Assembly: GCA_965248445.1 (NCBI GenBank)
Contig: CBDFJG010000001.1
Span: forward strand, 512,001-576,000
DNA from: Planctomycetota bacterium
Lineage (GTDB): Bacteria > Planctomycetota > JAJSAM01 > JAJVHW01
Reading direction: 5' to 3'
Length of the DNA stretch: 64,000 bases
Part shown: positions 45,673 to 56,461 of the stretch, piece after piece
How the letters are laid out: the number at the start of each line of letters is the position of its first letter
Numbering within the stretch: the stretch's first letter is position 1
Notes under the pieces: generated by a model
Database searches by the model: none
Told to the model about the DNA's origin: nothing
Seen by the model: only the letters and a program-made list of their open reading frames with translations
Program-made: the position numbers and the translations under genes

Positions 45673-46086
45673 TTGCGCAGGAGCTTGGGGCAAGGGGGCA
45701 TGACCCTCGTCGAGGCGACCGTCTCGATCACCGCTCTCGCCGGCGCCCTGCTCGGCGTGACCGCTTCGGTCCTGGCCACCGCGCGGCTCGATCAGACTGT
45801 CGCGGACAAGCAGGCCGCCAGCCGCGCCCTGTCCTCGCTCGTCGAGGAAGTGCGCGCCACACCGTTCGACGACCTCAGCGGCACCTGGTCGGCCACCACG
45901 CGCAACGTCCGCGTGCAGAACGCCGACGCGGCGGCCACGTTCCTCGTAACGGACGCCGTGGTGTCGGCGTCGTGGCCCGTGCGCCGGGTCCAGATCACCG
46001 TGGACATGCCGGACTCCTCACCGCTCGACGTGCTGCAGACGACGGTGTACGTCAGCGAGCGCGCAGCCGGATCGGGAGGGCTCTAG
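45673..46086 (+). CDS. Prepilin-type (class III signal) minor pilin/pseudopilin
   Basis: G|MTLVE followed by a hydrophobic helix. Confidence 0.8.
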   Translation: MRRSLGQGGMTLVEATVSITALAGALLGVTASVLATARLDQTVADKQAASRALSSLVEEVRATPFDDLSGTWSATTRNVRVQNADAAATFLVTDAVVSASWPVRRVQITVDMPDSSPLDVLQTTVYVSERAAGSGGL

Positions 46087-46088
46087 CC

Positions 46089-47408
46089 ATGCGCCGTCAG
46101 TCCCCCGCCCGAAGTGAGCGCGGCACGGCACTGCTCGCCGTCGTGTTCCTCGTCACGGTCTGCGCGGCTGTCGCCGCATCGCTTCTGGTCCCCGCGCTGG
46201 CGCGTCACGGTGAGGTCGAGACCTCCGTGGACCGCGACCGCGCTCTCGAACTCGCAGAGTCTGGCCTGGACCGCGGTATCGCGGCCATCCGGCGTCCCGG
46301 CGGCGAGATCACCGCGAACACGAGCGAGGCCTTCACGATGCCGGGCTCGGGCTCCGTCGAGGTCGACTACCTGCTCGGCTCGACGAATGGGCTCGATGAC
46401 GACGGAGACGGTACGGTCGACGACGCGGACGAGGACGAGTTCGTCGAGATCCGCAGCGTCGGTGTATTCGGCAGCGAGCGCCGCGGCGTGGCGGTCGTGC
46501 TGCGGCGAGCGGTCAACGCAGGTGCGCTTCCGGCCGCGCTCATGTTGAACGGCACCGCGCCGATCCTCGATCTGCAGGGCGCGGACTACGTCTTCGACGG
46601 CGAGGAGCACGACCTGAACGGCGACCCTGTGGGCGGCGGCACCGATCTGCCCGCAATTGTCTGTGTGTCACCCGCAAGCGACGTCGTGTCGCAAATCGCA
46701 CCAACGGCATATGGGCAGTCTCTCGGTACCGGAGGGGCGCCGCCGATCGTCTCGGGCCCCGCCGTGGGCCTGGACGAGTGGATCGACCAGCTCGAGATGT
46801 CGGCCGACACGACGCTGACCCCGGGGATCTACGAGAGCGGAACTTTCGGCTCGGCCACGTTCGAGGGCGTTCGCGCGACGTTCGCCGACGGCGACGTCCA
46901 TCTGACCGGCACGACGCAGGGCGCCGGACTCCTGGCGGTGCGAGGCGATCTGACGATCACGGGCGACTCTCAGTGGACAGGCGCCATCTTCGTGAGCGGG
47001 ACGATCCGCATGACCGGCGGTGGTGCGCAGAGCGTGGTGGGCGGCATCGTAGTCGGCCAGGCCATGGAAGGCGCAGCGTACTCCGCGACAGAACTCACTG
47101 CGATGACGGCGACCGAACTGGCGGCCGTTGACGCGGCTTTCGCGGCATACGACACATCGATGTCGGACGTCTACCAGTGGGACGCGACGTCGGGAGAGTG
47201 GGTGCTCGTGCCGTACACCGGTGGCGGCTCTTCGGAAAACGAAGACGACGAAGACGACGAAGACGGCGGGACGCCCGGCTCCGGGCCGTCGATCACCGAC
47301 CTCGCGGGGTCCGCGGAGGTGCTGCACGCGCCCGCCGCGATCGAACTGGTGCTCAGCCGCCTAGGCGCCGTGCGCGTCCTGGCGTGGCGCGAGATGGTCG
47401 CGCCCTAG
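46089..47408 (+). CDS. PilX/GspK-like pilus assembly protein
   Basis: RG|TALLAV N-terminus, ALELAESG, NGLDDDGDG acidic loop, GDLTITG/GTIRMTG beta repeats, C-terminal WRE. Confidence 0.75.
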   Translation: MRRQSPARSERGTALLAVVFLVTVCAAVAASLLVPALARHGEVETSVDRDRALELAESGLDRGIAAIRRPGGEITANTSEAFTMPGSGSVEVDYLLGSTNGLDDDGDGTVDDADEDEFVEIRSVGVFGSERRGVAVVLRRAVNAGALPAALMLNGTAPILDLQGADYVFDGEEHDLNGDPVGGGTDLPAIVCVSPASDVVSQIAPTAYGQSLGTGGAPPIVSGPAVGLDEWIDQLEMSADTTLTPGIYESGTFGSATFEGVRATFADGDVHLTGTTQGAGLLAVRGDLTITGDSQWTGAIFVSGTIRMTGGGAQSVVGGIVVGQAMEGAAYSATELTAMTATELAAVDAAFAAYDTSMSDVYQWDATSGEWVLVPYTGGGSSENEDDEDDEDGGTPGSGPSITDLAGSAEVLHAPAAIELVLSRLGAVRVLAWREMVAP

Positions 47409-47647
47409 CGTTCAGCCCGATCGAACAGCCCTCGCACGGGCTGGAAGCGGGTCCTGAGCCTCCGAAAGCGCCGGGCGTAGGTTTGCTCGAAGACGCCTGG
47501 GTGGTCGCCGAGAACGGCCTCGAAGCGACCGCGGACCAACTCGATGGCGCGGTCGATCTCGGCAGCGGGCACCTGCTCGGAGCAGATCATCGTGGCCACC
47601 TCGTGAGCGGCCTGGTCCAGCGCCTGGACCTCTGGGTGAACGCGCAT
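47405..47647 (-). CDS. Small hypothetical protein (80 aa)
   Basis: GGGAGG RBS and ATG; helical sequence ending FEQTYARRFRRL. Confidence 0.6.
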   Translation of the reverse strand: MRVHPEVQALDQAAHEVATMICSEQVPAAEIDRAIELVRGRFEAVLGDHPGVFEQTYARRFRRLRTRFQPVRGLFDRAER

Positions 47648-47708
47648 GTCAGCCTCCCGGGCGCGGCATCCTACTGATCACGGGGGACGGGCGTCCGGCC
47701 AGCCCGCC

Positions 47709-48072
47709 TCACCGTAGTCGGCCCTCGTCGTCCACCTCGACGATGCGGGTCTGCCCATCGGACATGCGGACGGGGAGCGAGGCGGTCCAGCCGGTCGCGC
47801 TGCCCGCGGGTGCGATGTTGAGAGCGCCGAGCCCTGCGGGTTCGACGCCGGGGAAGGTGAAATCCGCGGGGTCGAGGGACGGTTCGTCGCGGTCGCGTTG
47901 CGCGTAGTACAGCGCCATCAAGCGTTCACGGGCCGGCCACGTCGGGTCGGCGGGAGCGTGGAGCGGGGCCTCGCCGGGCGGCAGCGCGGAGAACGTGACG
48001 TAGCCGTAACGCTCGGGGCGGCGGGGCGGTGCATGTCGATTGCGTCCTGCGGGGTCCAGACCCAGTTGTCTT
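47709..48072 (-). pseudogene. 3' remnant of a probable carbohydrate-binding family 9-like protein, truncated by IS66 and frameshifted
   Basis: DNWVWTPQDAIDMHRP joins ERYGYVTFS...LYYAQR once the 8-bp duplication at 48014-48029 is removed. Confidence 0.65.
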
Positions 48073-49572
48073 GTAACCGTTCACCCCTTGACAGCGTGTG
48101 AGCCTCAGCGTGCGAGGGGCAGCGGGACCATGACGGGCGGGTCGGCGCCGGTGAGGTGCGCGGCGACCGAGTCGGCGAGGAAGTCGAAGACTTGGTCGCC
48201 ACGGCGTCGCAGCGTGGCCGCGGCGGTCAACACGCGCTCGGCGAAGCGGAGTCCGCGAGCGGACTGGCTTCCGAAGGAGCCCTTGCGCCAGAGCACCGCT
48301 TTGCGGACCGCGCGCTCGGCGGCGTTGTTGGTCGGACTCACGTCCTGGGTCCGCGCATAGGTGAAGAGGGCGACCACGCGGGGGCGCAGATGGTTGGCCA
48401 GAGCCGAGTCGTCGTTCGCGATCAGTCGCTCGAGCCGTCCGCGCAGCACAGCGGCTTCGCCTTGCAGCCGGTCACGGTCGCCGTGCTCACCGAAGAGCCG
48501 GTAGCTGCGCATGACCGACTGCGCGATCATGACGCCCTTGTTGCCGAAGCGGCGATGTTCTCGCGGGCCTTCGGCCAGCGCACGGAAGGCGCGCTCGATG
48601 TGCGCCCAGCAGAGCTGGCGGCGGGCAAGTGGGTGTGACTCGTAGGCACCCATCCGGTCGCTGATCACCGTGCCACCGAAGCGCCGCCCGATCAGCCGCC
48701 CTTTCGCCTTGGCACTGCGGCGGCGATCGATCCCGAAGGCTGTGGCGTGCTCGCTCTCCGCCGCCCACAGCCAGCACACCCGGCCCCGTTCCTTCCACGA
48801 CGTCTCGTCCACGTTGGCTCGCAGCGACGTGCGGACTGCCCCGAGGGCTTCGAGGTACGACGAGTGCAGAGCGTCACTGAGCCGACGCTCACAGTCGCTG
48901 ATCTTGCCCAGCGACATCTTCACACCGAAGATCTCACCGAGCAGCCGCTGCGTCTCCCGCACGCTCACGCGGTACACGCCGCGCAGCGCGCCGGCAAGTG
49001 TGGTCAGCCGCGGACCGAAGGCCCCGGTCGGCACGCCATCGGGCAGGACCGCCGTCGTGACCGCACGACAGCGCCGGCACCGCGCCTTGTGCAGCCGGTG
49101 CTCCCGCACCGTGACGAGCACGCGCGGGAGCACCGTCACCTGGTGCCGGTACGGATCGCCGATGCCCTGCTCGAGATCGTCGTGTCCGCACGCGTCGCAG
49201 AGGTCGGGACGGTGCTCCTTGGTCTCATCGACGTTGGACGGATCCACCAGCTCGCGCGCCGTGCCCTCATGGCCCGGCTGTCCGCCCTGCTTGCGACCGC
49301 TACGCGGCCTTCGGCCGCGACGGCGCTTGGACCACGCCGGGTCCGACGACGGAGGCCTCGAGCTGTTGCGGGAGTCACGCTTCAGACGCGACTCGAGCTC
49401 GTCGATGCGGCGCAGATGCTTCGCTTCGCGACGCTCCAACTCCTCGATCCAGGCCAGAAGGCCCTCGACCATCGCCCGCAGATCCTCGTCCTGCCGCTCG
49501 CCCACAACATCTTGATCGACCGATGGCCGAACGATCTGGATCCTGGCTCGCGACGAAGGGGTGAACGGTTAC
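48073..49572 (-). mobile_element. IS66-family insertion sequence (single-ORF type), 1500 bp
   Basis: Perfect 17-bp terminal inverted repeats GTAACCGTTCACCCCTT; no target-site duplication. Confidence 0.93.
48105..49505 (-). CDS. IS66-family transposase
   Basis: NSSRPPSSD, GGQPGHEG, CxxC zinc finger, VDETSW, SDR, QLCWAH, TNNAAERAVR. Confidence 0.95.
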   Translation of the reverse strand: MGERQDEDLRAMVEGLLAWIEELERREAKHLRRIDELESRLKRDSRNSSRPPSSDPAWSKRRRGRRPRSGRKQGGQPGHEGTARELVDPSNVDETKEHRPDLCDACGHDDLEQGIGDPYRHQVTVLPRVLVTVREHRLHKARCRRCRAVTTAVLPDGVPTGAFGPRLTTLAGALRGVYRVSVRETQRLLGEIFGVKMSLGKISDCERRLSDALHSSYLEALGAVRTSLRANVDETSWKERGRVCWLWAAESEHATAFGIDRRRSAKAKGRLIGRRFGGTVISDRMGAYESHPLARRQLCWAHIERAFRALAEGPREHRRFGNKGVMIAQSVMRSYRLFGEHGDRDRLQGEAAVLRGRLERLIANDDSALANHLRPRVVALFTYARTQDVSPTNNAAERAVRKAVLWRKGSFGSQSARGLRFAERVLTAAATLRRRGDQVFDFLADSVAAHLTGADPPVMVPLPLAR

Positions 49573-49664
49573 CGTTCAGCGGCACCGTCTGGGACGTCAA
49601 CAACCTCGGGTCGTTCAGCGTCTTCGAGGGCAACGACAACGGCTACCAGACGCTCTACCAGTAG
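49573..49664 (+). pseudogene. 3' remnant of an unidentified gene cut by the IS66
   Basis: Coding-like FSGTVWDVNNLGSFSVFEGNDNGYQTLYQ* with strong GC3 bias, starting at the IS end. Confidence 0.5.
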
Positions 49665-49667
49665 TCC

Positions 49668-50576
49668 TCAGCCGGCCTGGATGGCGGTGATGCAGGCGAC
49701 ATCCACGATGTCGCCTGCAGTCGCGCCGCGCGACAGGTCGTTCATGGGACGAGCGAGTCCCTGCAGCACGGGCCCGAGCGCTGCGCCGCCCGCCAGCCGC
49801 TGCGTCAGCTTGTAGGCGATGTTCCCGGCACCGAGGTCCGGGAACACCAGCACGTTGGCGTTGCCGCCGACCGCGCTTCCGGGCGCCTTGCGGGCCGCTA
49901 CCGACGGAACCAGCGCAGCGTCTCCCTGCAACTCCCCGTCCACCGTGAGCTCCGGCTCGCGACCGCGAATCAGATCGACGGCGCGGCGCACCTTCGCGAC
50001 GTCGTCATGCTCGGCGCTGCCCTTCGTCGAGAAGGAGAGCAGTGCCACGCGCGGTTCCTCCTCGAGGAACAGGCGGGCGCTGGTGGCGCCGGCGATCGCG
50101 ATGTCCGCCAGTTGCCCGGCCGTGGGGTCGGGCACCACGCCGCAGTCCGTGAACACGAAGGTGCGGCCGTCCGGCAGCGCCATCAGGAAGAAGCTCGAGA
50201 CCGTGGTGATCCCGGTGGCCATGCCGATGCCGACGATCGCCGCGCGGACGGTCTCGGCGGTAGTGTGCACGGCGCCTGCGACGCAGCCGTCCGCGTCTCC
50301 GGCCCTCACCATCAGCGCGGCGCGAAGCAGTGGATCGTCGAGCGCGGCGCGCGCGTCCGCGACGGTCATCCCCTTGTGCGCGCGGGCCTCGGCGAGCATC
50401 TCCGCGTAGGCGTCGAGGCGATCGGCCGACACGGCCGGCGTCAGCGGCTCGGCCAGGCGCTCGTCTGCGAGCCGCGTCGCCGCTTCGCGCACACGGTCGT
50501 CCTCCATCTCGGGCAGCACGATCCGGCGCCGGCGCGCGCGGGCACGTTCGTGCAGGCGGTCGAGGACGTCGCTCAC
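49668..50576 (-). CDS. pta: Phosphate acetyltransferase (short type)
   Basis: [51 protein letters not shown]. Confidence 0.93.
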   Translation of the reverse strand: MSDVLDRLHERARARRRRIVLPEMEDDRVREAATRLADERLAEPLTPAVSADRLDAYAEMLAEARAHKGMTVADARAALDDPLLRAALMVRAGDADGCVAGAVHTTAETVRAAIVGIGMATGITTVSSFFLMALPDGRTFVFTDCGVVPDPTAGQLADIAIAGATSARLFLEEEPRVALLSFSTKGSAEHDDVAKVRRAVDLIRGREPELTVDGELQGDAALVPSVAARKAPGSAVGGNANVLVFPDLGAGNIAYKLTQRLAGGAALGPVLQGLARPMNDLSRGATAGDIVDVACITAIQAG

Positions 50577-52384
50577 TCGGCGTCTTCCCCGAACGTCTCG
50601 ACCAGACCGATGTCCACCGTGACCTCGGAGGCGAGCAGGTACTGCGCGTAAGTCTTGCCCTGCGCGTCGAGCAGCAGCGACAGCGTCCCTCCGCCACCCA
50701 GGCTCTCGTGCAGCAGGAAGTTCAGCGCGAGGAGGTTCGGGACCTCGAATCGCTCGACCTCGCCGTGACAGATGCCCTCGAAACGCTCCTTCACGAACTC
50801 TGCAGTCAGGTGACTTCGCATCCACGCGTACACCGCCGGAGTGCGCGCGATGACACCGATGTTGCAGGCGTCTCCCTTGTCCCCGGAGCGGGCGAGACAG
50901 AGTTCTTCGAGGTGCACCACCGTGCGGCGGCCGCTGGTCGGGATGCGCGTGCCCGGCATCTGAGGGGTGAAGTCCTCTTGCCCGCCGGCACCCGGCACGG
51001 CGGACGACAGTTCCACCTCTCTGTCGCCGACCACTACCCGCACGTTGATCACGTCGCGGCCGATGAGCGCCGGCCAGTAGCCGACGACACCCGAAGCGCG
51101 CGGCCGACCCTGGTCCGCGAGGTACGTGATCCCCGGCACGGTGCCGAGCACACGCGGCACGAGTTGCACGGCAAACTCGTGTTCGAGCTTGTTGCGATCT
51201 GCGTCGCGCGCGGCGACCTGGAGCAACACCTCGGAGGGCGGCAGCGCATCGTCGTCGAGAGGCGGGTGCGTGGAGCTCCACCCGACCAGCGCGGTCTCGG
51301 TGTCCTGGTACTGATCGCGGCCGCCGGCCGAGTCCCAGAACGACTCCGCGACGACCTCCGCCTTGCGCAGGGCGTCGGGGCCGGAGATGAGGAGCCGCCC
51401 GAACGCGCGGTAGCCGTGGGAGAAGCTGATCGAGACCTTGAACTTCTCCGGTGCCGGGCCACCGCGGGCGCCGGTGACGCGCACGCGGTTCTCCCCCACC
51501 TGCTCCAGCTGGATGGAGTCGAAGCGTGCGATGCAGTCCGGCGCGATGTATCGCGGGGAGCCCATCTCGTACACGAGTTGTTCGCTCACCGTGTGTACGC
51601 TGACCAGTCCGCCTGTGTCCGGATGCTTCGTCACGACGAACGTCCCGTCGGCGTTCGCCTCGATGAGCGGATAGCCCATGTTCAGGAACGACGGCACGAT
51701 CTGCCAGTCGGTGAAGTTGCCGCCGGTGCACTGCGTACCGCACTCGATGATGTGTCCTGCGATCACCCCCGCGCCGAGGCGGTCCCAGTCGTCCTCCGCC
51801 CAGCCGAATTCGTGGATCATCGGGGCGAGCGTCACAGCGGTGTCGGTGATGCGACCCGCGAGCACAACGTTGGCTCCCATCGAGAGCGCCTGCGACACGG
51901 GACGGGCGCCGAGGTACACGTTCGCAGACATGACGCTGTTCCGCTCGTCGGAGAGCGGGCGGCCGGTGTCCATGTGGTCGAGCGTCTCGCCGCGGGAGGC
52001 GAGCGCGTCGATGTCTTCGAACACGTCGTCGCCCAACACGACGCCGACGCGCAAATCGTCGGCGATACCGAGTTCCTCGGCCAGTGCAACGAGCGCATCG
52101 CGGCAGGCGAGTGGATTCACCCCGCCCGCGTTGCTGATGATCGTGACGCCCTTCTCGATGCAGAGCGGCAGGACGTCGCGCATCTGGCGCAGGAAGTCCG
52201 CGGCATAGCCCTTGGAAGGGTCCCGCTGGCGCTGCTTCTGCAGGATCGCCATCGTGACCTCGGCCAGGTAGTCCATGACCAGGTAGTCGATGGGCCCGCC
52301 CTCGACCTGCCTTTTCGCGGCGGTGGGATCGTCTCCCCAGAACCCGCCGCAGTTGGCGATGACGATGCGATCTCTACGCGGCAC
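50573..52384 (-). CDS. AtuA/DUF1446 family protein
   Basis: [38 protein letters not shown]. Confidence 0.9.
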   Translation of the reverse strand: MPRRDRIVIANCGGFWGDDPTAAKRQVEGGPIDYLVMDYLAEVTMAILQKQRQRDPSKGYAADFLRQMRDVLPLCIEKGVTIISNAGGVNPLACRDALVALAEELGIADDLRVGVVLGDDVFEDIDALASRGETLDHMDTGRPLSDERNSVMSANVYLGARPVSQALSMGANVVLAGRITDTAVTLAPMIHEFGWAEDDWDRLGAGVIAGHIIECGTQCTGGNFTDWQIVPSFLNMGYPLIEANADGTFVVTKHPDTGGLVSVHTVSEQLVYEMGSPRYIAPDCIARFDSIQLEQVGENRVRVTGARGGPAPEKFKVSISFSHGYRAFGRLLISGPDALRKAEVVAESFWDSAGGRDQYQDTETALVGWSSTHPPLDDDALPPSEVLLQVAARDADRNKLEHEFAVQLVPRVLGTVPGITYLADQGRPRASGVVGYWPALIGRDVINVRVVVGDREVELSSAVPGAGGQEDFTPQMPGTRIPTSGRRTVVHLEELCLARSGDKGDACNIGVIARTPAVYAWMRSHLTAEFVKERFEGICHGEVERFEVPNLLALNFLLHESLGGGGTLSLLLDAQGKTYAQYLLASEVTVDIGLVETFGEDAE

Positions 52385-52459
52385 GACGCCTCCTTCCGAA
52401 GCGCCACATTGTAGGCGTGCTGCGCCGAGACTCGGTGGGCTTCGATGCGCGTGCTCGGA

Positions 52460-54985
52460 CTACTGCTCGATGTCGAAGTCCCGATTCCCGAGAAGCTCTC
52501 GAGTCTGGCCCTGGATCGTCACGTCCGCCGCGCTGTCCGTCGCCGGCAGGTTCTGCAGATCGGGCACGCCGTAGAACAGGTAGACCACGCCGCTCGGGTC
52601 GCCCGGCGGCCCGAACGTGAACGGGGACGCGACGTACACGTCCATGCGGCCATCGCCGTTGACGTCGCCCTTGCCCGCATACGTTCCGAAGCCGGCTGCC
52701 CTCTCGCTGCCGCCGATCCGCCGGGACGCCCCGGTCTGCTGGATCGTACCGATGAGATCGGTGGTGCGGAAGACGAAGGCCGCGCCGCCGAGGGAGACGC
52801 TCAGGGACGTGTTGGAGTCCGGAATGACCAACTCGTCCCGGCCATTGCCGTCCAGGTCCGCGGCCAGCATGACTTCGACCCCCCATGACTGCAGGGACGG
52901 GTTGATCTTGACGTCGGCGTCGCTGGTGGACTTCGAGCCGAACGATGCCCCGCCCTGGAACAGCCACACGGCTCCGCTGAACCCGCCCGTGAGGGGGTCG
53001 AACAGGATCAGGTCGCCTGTGGAGTCTCCGATCACGTCGGCGATCAGCGACACGAAGCCGAGCGACTCCGTGGATTCCGCAGCCGTGATCACCGCGCCCG
53101 CCGAAGCGAGTGTCGGCTGATCCAGGAGAGACAGTGCGCTGCCGCCGGCGAACACGTAGACGTCGTTGCCGCCGTCGCCCCCTTGCTGCAACGACACAAT
53201 GTCGTCCTTCGTATCCCCGAAGAGGTTGCCACACGCACGCACCCAGAGGACCGTGGAGCCCTCGCCCGTGACCTTCTGGCTCGCGTTGCTCGAGAGCCCG
53301 TTCACGATCACCGCCGCATCGAACACGTAGATGAAGGGCTTGAAATCCGGAGAGGATCCGAACGACGTGACGACCAGATCCAGACGTCCGTCGCCGATCA
53401 CGTCGCCCACGCAGATCGAGTTCCCGAACCCCTCCTGGCTGACGCCGCCGATCGTGACGTCGGCGTCGGCGAACGGATTGATCGAGCCCGCGAACCCCGC
53501 GCCGCCGAAGAAGATGTGCACCGCGCCGTCGATGTTGTTCGCGAACTGGTCCGCGACGATCAGGTCGTCCTGCCCGTCGCCGGAGAGGTCGGCTACTACG
53601 AAGCTCTGCCCGAACAGGTCGAACTGGTCCCCGGATGCAAAGAACGCGTCCACCGACGTGGCGGTTGAGAGCGCGGACGGCAGTGTGTCGCTGCCGAAGA
53701 TCACTTGCACGTTGTTCGGGTTGAGCGCTGCTCCGCCCGCGCTTCCGGTCGCGATGACGATATCCGCGAACTGGTCGCCGTTCAGGTCGCCCGGCACTGT
53801 CATCGGCGGGACCACGCGATCCACGGAGCCGACGGCCTGGTACTCGCTGAAGTGCGAGACGATGGCCGTGATGAGGCCCGCACCGAAATCGACCGTGAAG
53901 TCGGTGACGTCCAGCAGTGCGATGTTCCCGTCCTCGTCCTTCACCGCGACCTGCACGTCGCCGGCCTCGTTGAACAGCGCCGGGTTGAACGGCAGGATGA
54001 TCGTCGCGGCCACTCCGAACTGAAGGCCGTCCGGACCGAAGAACACCGCGGGACCGCCGGGGTCGGTCCCGTCGACCGGCACGCCGAGACCGCTTCCGAT
54101 GATGATTGCCGACGGCTTGCCGAGCGCACCCGGTGGGACGAACACGGCTGCGCCTAAGAGGTCACCGAGCTCCCCCTCGGTGATGGCGAGGTTGCCCCCG
54201 GCCGGACCGATCACCTTGCCCCGTGCGTCGTCGCTGGCGAGTTTCGCGTCCGTGATCTCGACGATCTGCTTCTTGTCGGTCTTCGGCGCCTTGATGCCGA
54301 TCGAGACGTCGACGTCGCCCCCCGGACCGGTGCTCGAGACGAACAACAGGTGATTGCCGAAGTCGCCGAGCACGACGTCCTTCTGCTTGTGCTTGCTCGC
54401 CCCTGCCTCGGGGGCCGGGAACGTGAACTCCGGGTCGTCGCCGCCGATGTCGACGGTCTCCATCACCGGCTCCGCATCCGATCGCTTGCTGGCCTTCGCC
54501 TGGAACTTGCACTTCGCGCCGGGATCGATCGCGAAGCCGACAATCTGCTGGCCGCCGGAAGTGTCCACCGTCTCCTTGAACTTCTTGGAGCTCTTCCACT
54601 TGACCTTCGCTTCGTAGTTCCCGACGGCGCTTGCCTGGATCACGACGCGGTACTTGCCGCTGACGGGAATCGGGAGCTTCTTGAGCTTCGCCCCGACACC
54701 TTTGACCGAGACCAGTCCGGCGGAGATCTCGGTGTCGCCCTGGTCGAGCACCTTGAAGGTCACGTTCGGCGCGGGAGTCCCGCCCTTGACCTTCTTGCCC
54801 TTTACAGAAACGGACAGCGTCGCACCGGCAGGAATGCACGCTGTGAGCGTCTCGAGCTCGTCCACCGGGTCGATCGTGCCGCGGACCTTCTGTCCGTTGG
54901 CGACCTCGATGTCGATGTCCGCGCGGCCGGTTGCCACGAGCGTGATCAGCACGAGGAGCGAAGCAAACGCGAATCGGCGGGACAT
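52460..54985 (-). CDS. Secreted protein with ZU5-like region and FG-GAP (integrin-alpha-like) repeats
   Basis: Signal peptide; IGPAGG/VPPGAL/FGPDGLQF/SHFS; six or more GDxxGDGxxDL-type repeats. Confidence 0.85.
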   Translation of the reverse strand: MSRRFAFASLLVLITLVATGRADIDIEVANGQKVRGTIDPVDELETLTACIPAGATLSVSVKGKKVKGGTPAPNVTFKVLDQGDTEISAGLVSVKGVGAKLKKLPIPVSGKYRVVIQASAVGNYEAKVKWKSSKKFKETVDTSGGQQIVGFAIDPGAKCKFQAKASKRSDAEPVMETVDIGGDDPEFTFPAPEAGASKHKQKDVVLGDFGNHLLFVSSTGPGGDVDVSIGIKAPKTDKKQIVEITDAKLASDDARGKVIGPAGGNLAITEGELGDLLGAAVFVPPGALGKPSAIIIGSGLGVPVDGTDPGGPAVFFGPDGLQFGVAATIILPFNPALFNEAGDVQVAVKDEDGNIALLDVTDFTVDFGAGLITAIVSHFSEYQAVGSVDRVVPPMTVPGDLNGDQFADIVIATGSAGGAALNPNNVQVIFGSDTLPSALSTATSVDAFFASGDQFDLFGQSFVVADLSGDGQDDLIVADQFANNIDGAVHIFFGGAGFAGSINPFADADVTIGGVSQEGFGNSICVGDVIGDGRLDLVVTSFGSSPDFKPFIYVFDAAVIVNGLSSNASQKVTGEGSTVLWVRACGNLFGDTKDDIVSLQQGGDGGNDVYVFAGGSALSLLDQPTLASAGAVITAAESTESLGFVSLIADVIGDSTGDLILFDPLTGGFSGAVWLFQGGASFGSKSTSDADVKINPSLQSWGVEVMLAADLDGNGRDELVIPDSNTSLSVSLGGAAFVFRTTDLIGTIQQTGASRRIGGSERAAGFGTYAGKGDVNGDGRMDVYVASPFTFGPPGDPSGVVYLFYGVPDLQNLPATDSAADVTIQGQTRELLGNRDFDIEQ

Positions 54986-55016
54986 GACTCACCTCCCCCC
55001 GACCAGTATGCCACCC

Positions 55017-55376
55017 CTATGCCATGACCGCCCTGTCCCGTGAGCCCGGCCTGGCTGCGCTACTGGCCGGAGCCGAACTCCTGGTTCCCGATCGCCTCAT
55101 CCCCAGCGCCGTCGATGATGAGGTGTCACCCGCATCGAGCACCTTGAACGTGACGTTCGGCGCCGGAGTCCCGCCCTTCACCTTCTTGTCCTTGGCGATG
55201 ACGGTAAGCGTGGAGTCGCCTGGGATGCAGAGGGTGAGCGTCTCCTTCTCGGAGACGGGGTCGATCGTCCCGCGGACCTTCTGTCCGTTGGCGATCTCGA
55301 TGTCGACGTCGGCGCGGCTCTGCACGCAGAGCGCCGCGAGGACGACGCACGCGGCGATCACGATCCGATTCCGCAT
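55017..55376 (-). pseudogene. Truncated paralog of the N-terminus of the 52460-54985 protein
   Basis: DIEIANGQKVRGTIDPV...KKVKGGTPAPNVTFKVLD is nearly identical to the neighbour; similarity stops at ~55125. Confidence 0.8.
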
Positions 55377-55545
55377 TCCCCACCTCCACTGGACGGCGCC
55401 CGGCCGCCACAACCTAGAGCTCCACGGCTGCGAACGGCCGCAGCCGGTCAACGTCCGATCTCCCAGGCGCAGCTCCAGAGCGCGCCCGGAATCACGAACG
55501 CGGGCTCCGTGAGGAACCCGCGTCGTGATGTCTCCTGAGCGTGGC

Positions 55546-56461
55546 TCAGGGGATGAAGACGTTACCCGTGCCGGAGTCACTCACGTTCGTACCCGAGATC
55601 CCCACGAACACGTTGCCCGGTCCGATCTGGTTGTTGTCACTCCCCGGCAGCAGACGCACGCCCGTGGTGAGGCTCTTGAGCTTGTTGGCGCGGATCGTGT
55701 TGCCGTCGGAGGTGTGCATCTCGATGCCCGTTCCGGCGCCGATCACCTTGTTGCGGCGCACGACGGAGTCGACCAAGTTGCCGGTGTAGATGCCGATGGC
55801 GCCGGGGTTCGCGAGCAGGATCTTGTTCCGGTCGACGAGGACGTCGTCTTCGTAGACGACGATCCCGTACTCGGCCGCGCCGGTGATCTTGTTACCGCGC
55901 ACGACGGCGTTCCCGGCCGTGGCCCGGATGCCACGCGGCATCCCCTCGATACGGCAGCCCTCGACCAGCTGGTCGACGGTGGGCGACGTCGGTTCGAGGT
56001 AGATCCCGTAGACGAACCCAGCACCGACCGGCGCGAACACCTTGCACTTCAGGGCCTGGAGGCGCTCAGCGACGCGCAGCTCGAACACATGTCCCGTCGG
56101 GGCGCCGGTGAAGGTCGCGCTCACGCGCTCCATGGAGAGTCGGTCACACGCGCACGCCGCCAGGTGCGCTCATCGAGAGCTTCTGCAGCGTGACACCCGA
56201 TGAGTTGAGCACGCGCATCGCGTACCCACCGCCGGCCTGGATGACCGTGGTGCCCTTACCGCGGATGAGCAGGTTGTCGACGTTGTTGACGACCACGTTC
56301 TCGGCGTACGTGCCGCCGACGATGAGGATGACGTCTCCGTCATTCGCCGCATTCACGGCGCCCTGGATCGTCAGGTGGTCTTGCGGGACCCTCAGCACGT
56401 CGGCCATCGCCGTCGTCGTCAGAAGACCCAGTACCAAGCTCGAAAGCATGAACTTGCGCAT
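55546..56461 (-). pseudogene. Secreted right-handed beta-helix (NosD/pectin-lyase-like) protein, frameshifted at ~56146
   Basis: Signal peptide and VPQDHLTIQGAVNAA...GGTYAENV in one frame; beta-helix repeats (NAVVRGNKI, NTIRANKL) in another. Confidence 0.8.

Noticed and set aside
56144..56146. TGA as selenocysteine read-through (selA is present)
   Set aside because: The downstream half is in a different frame, so this is a frameshift and not UGA recoding
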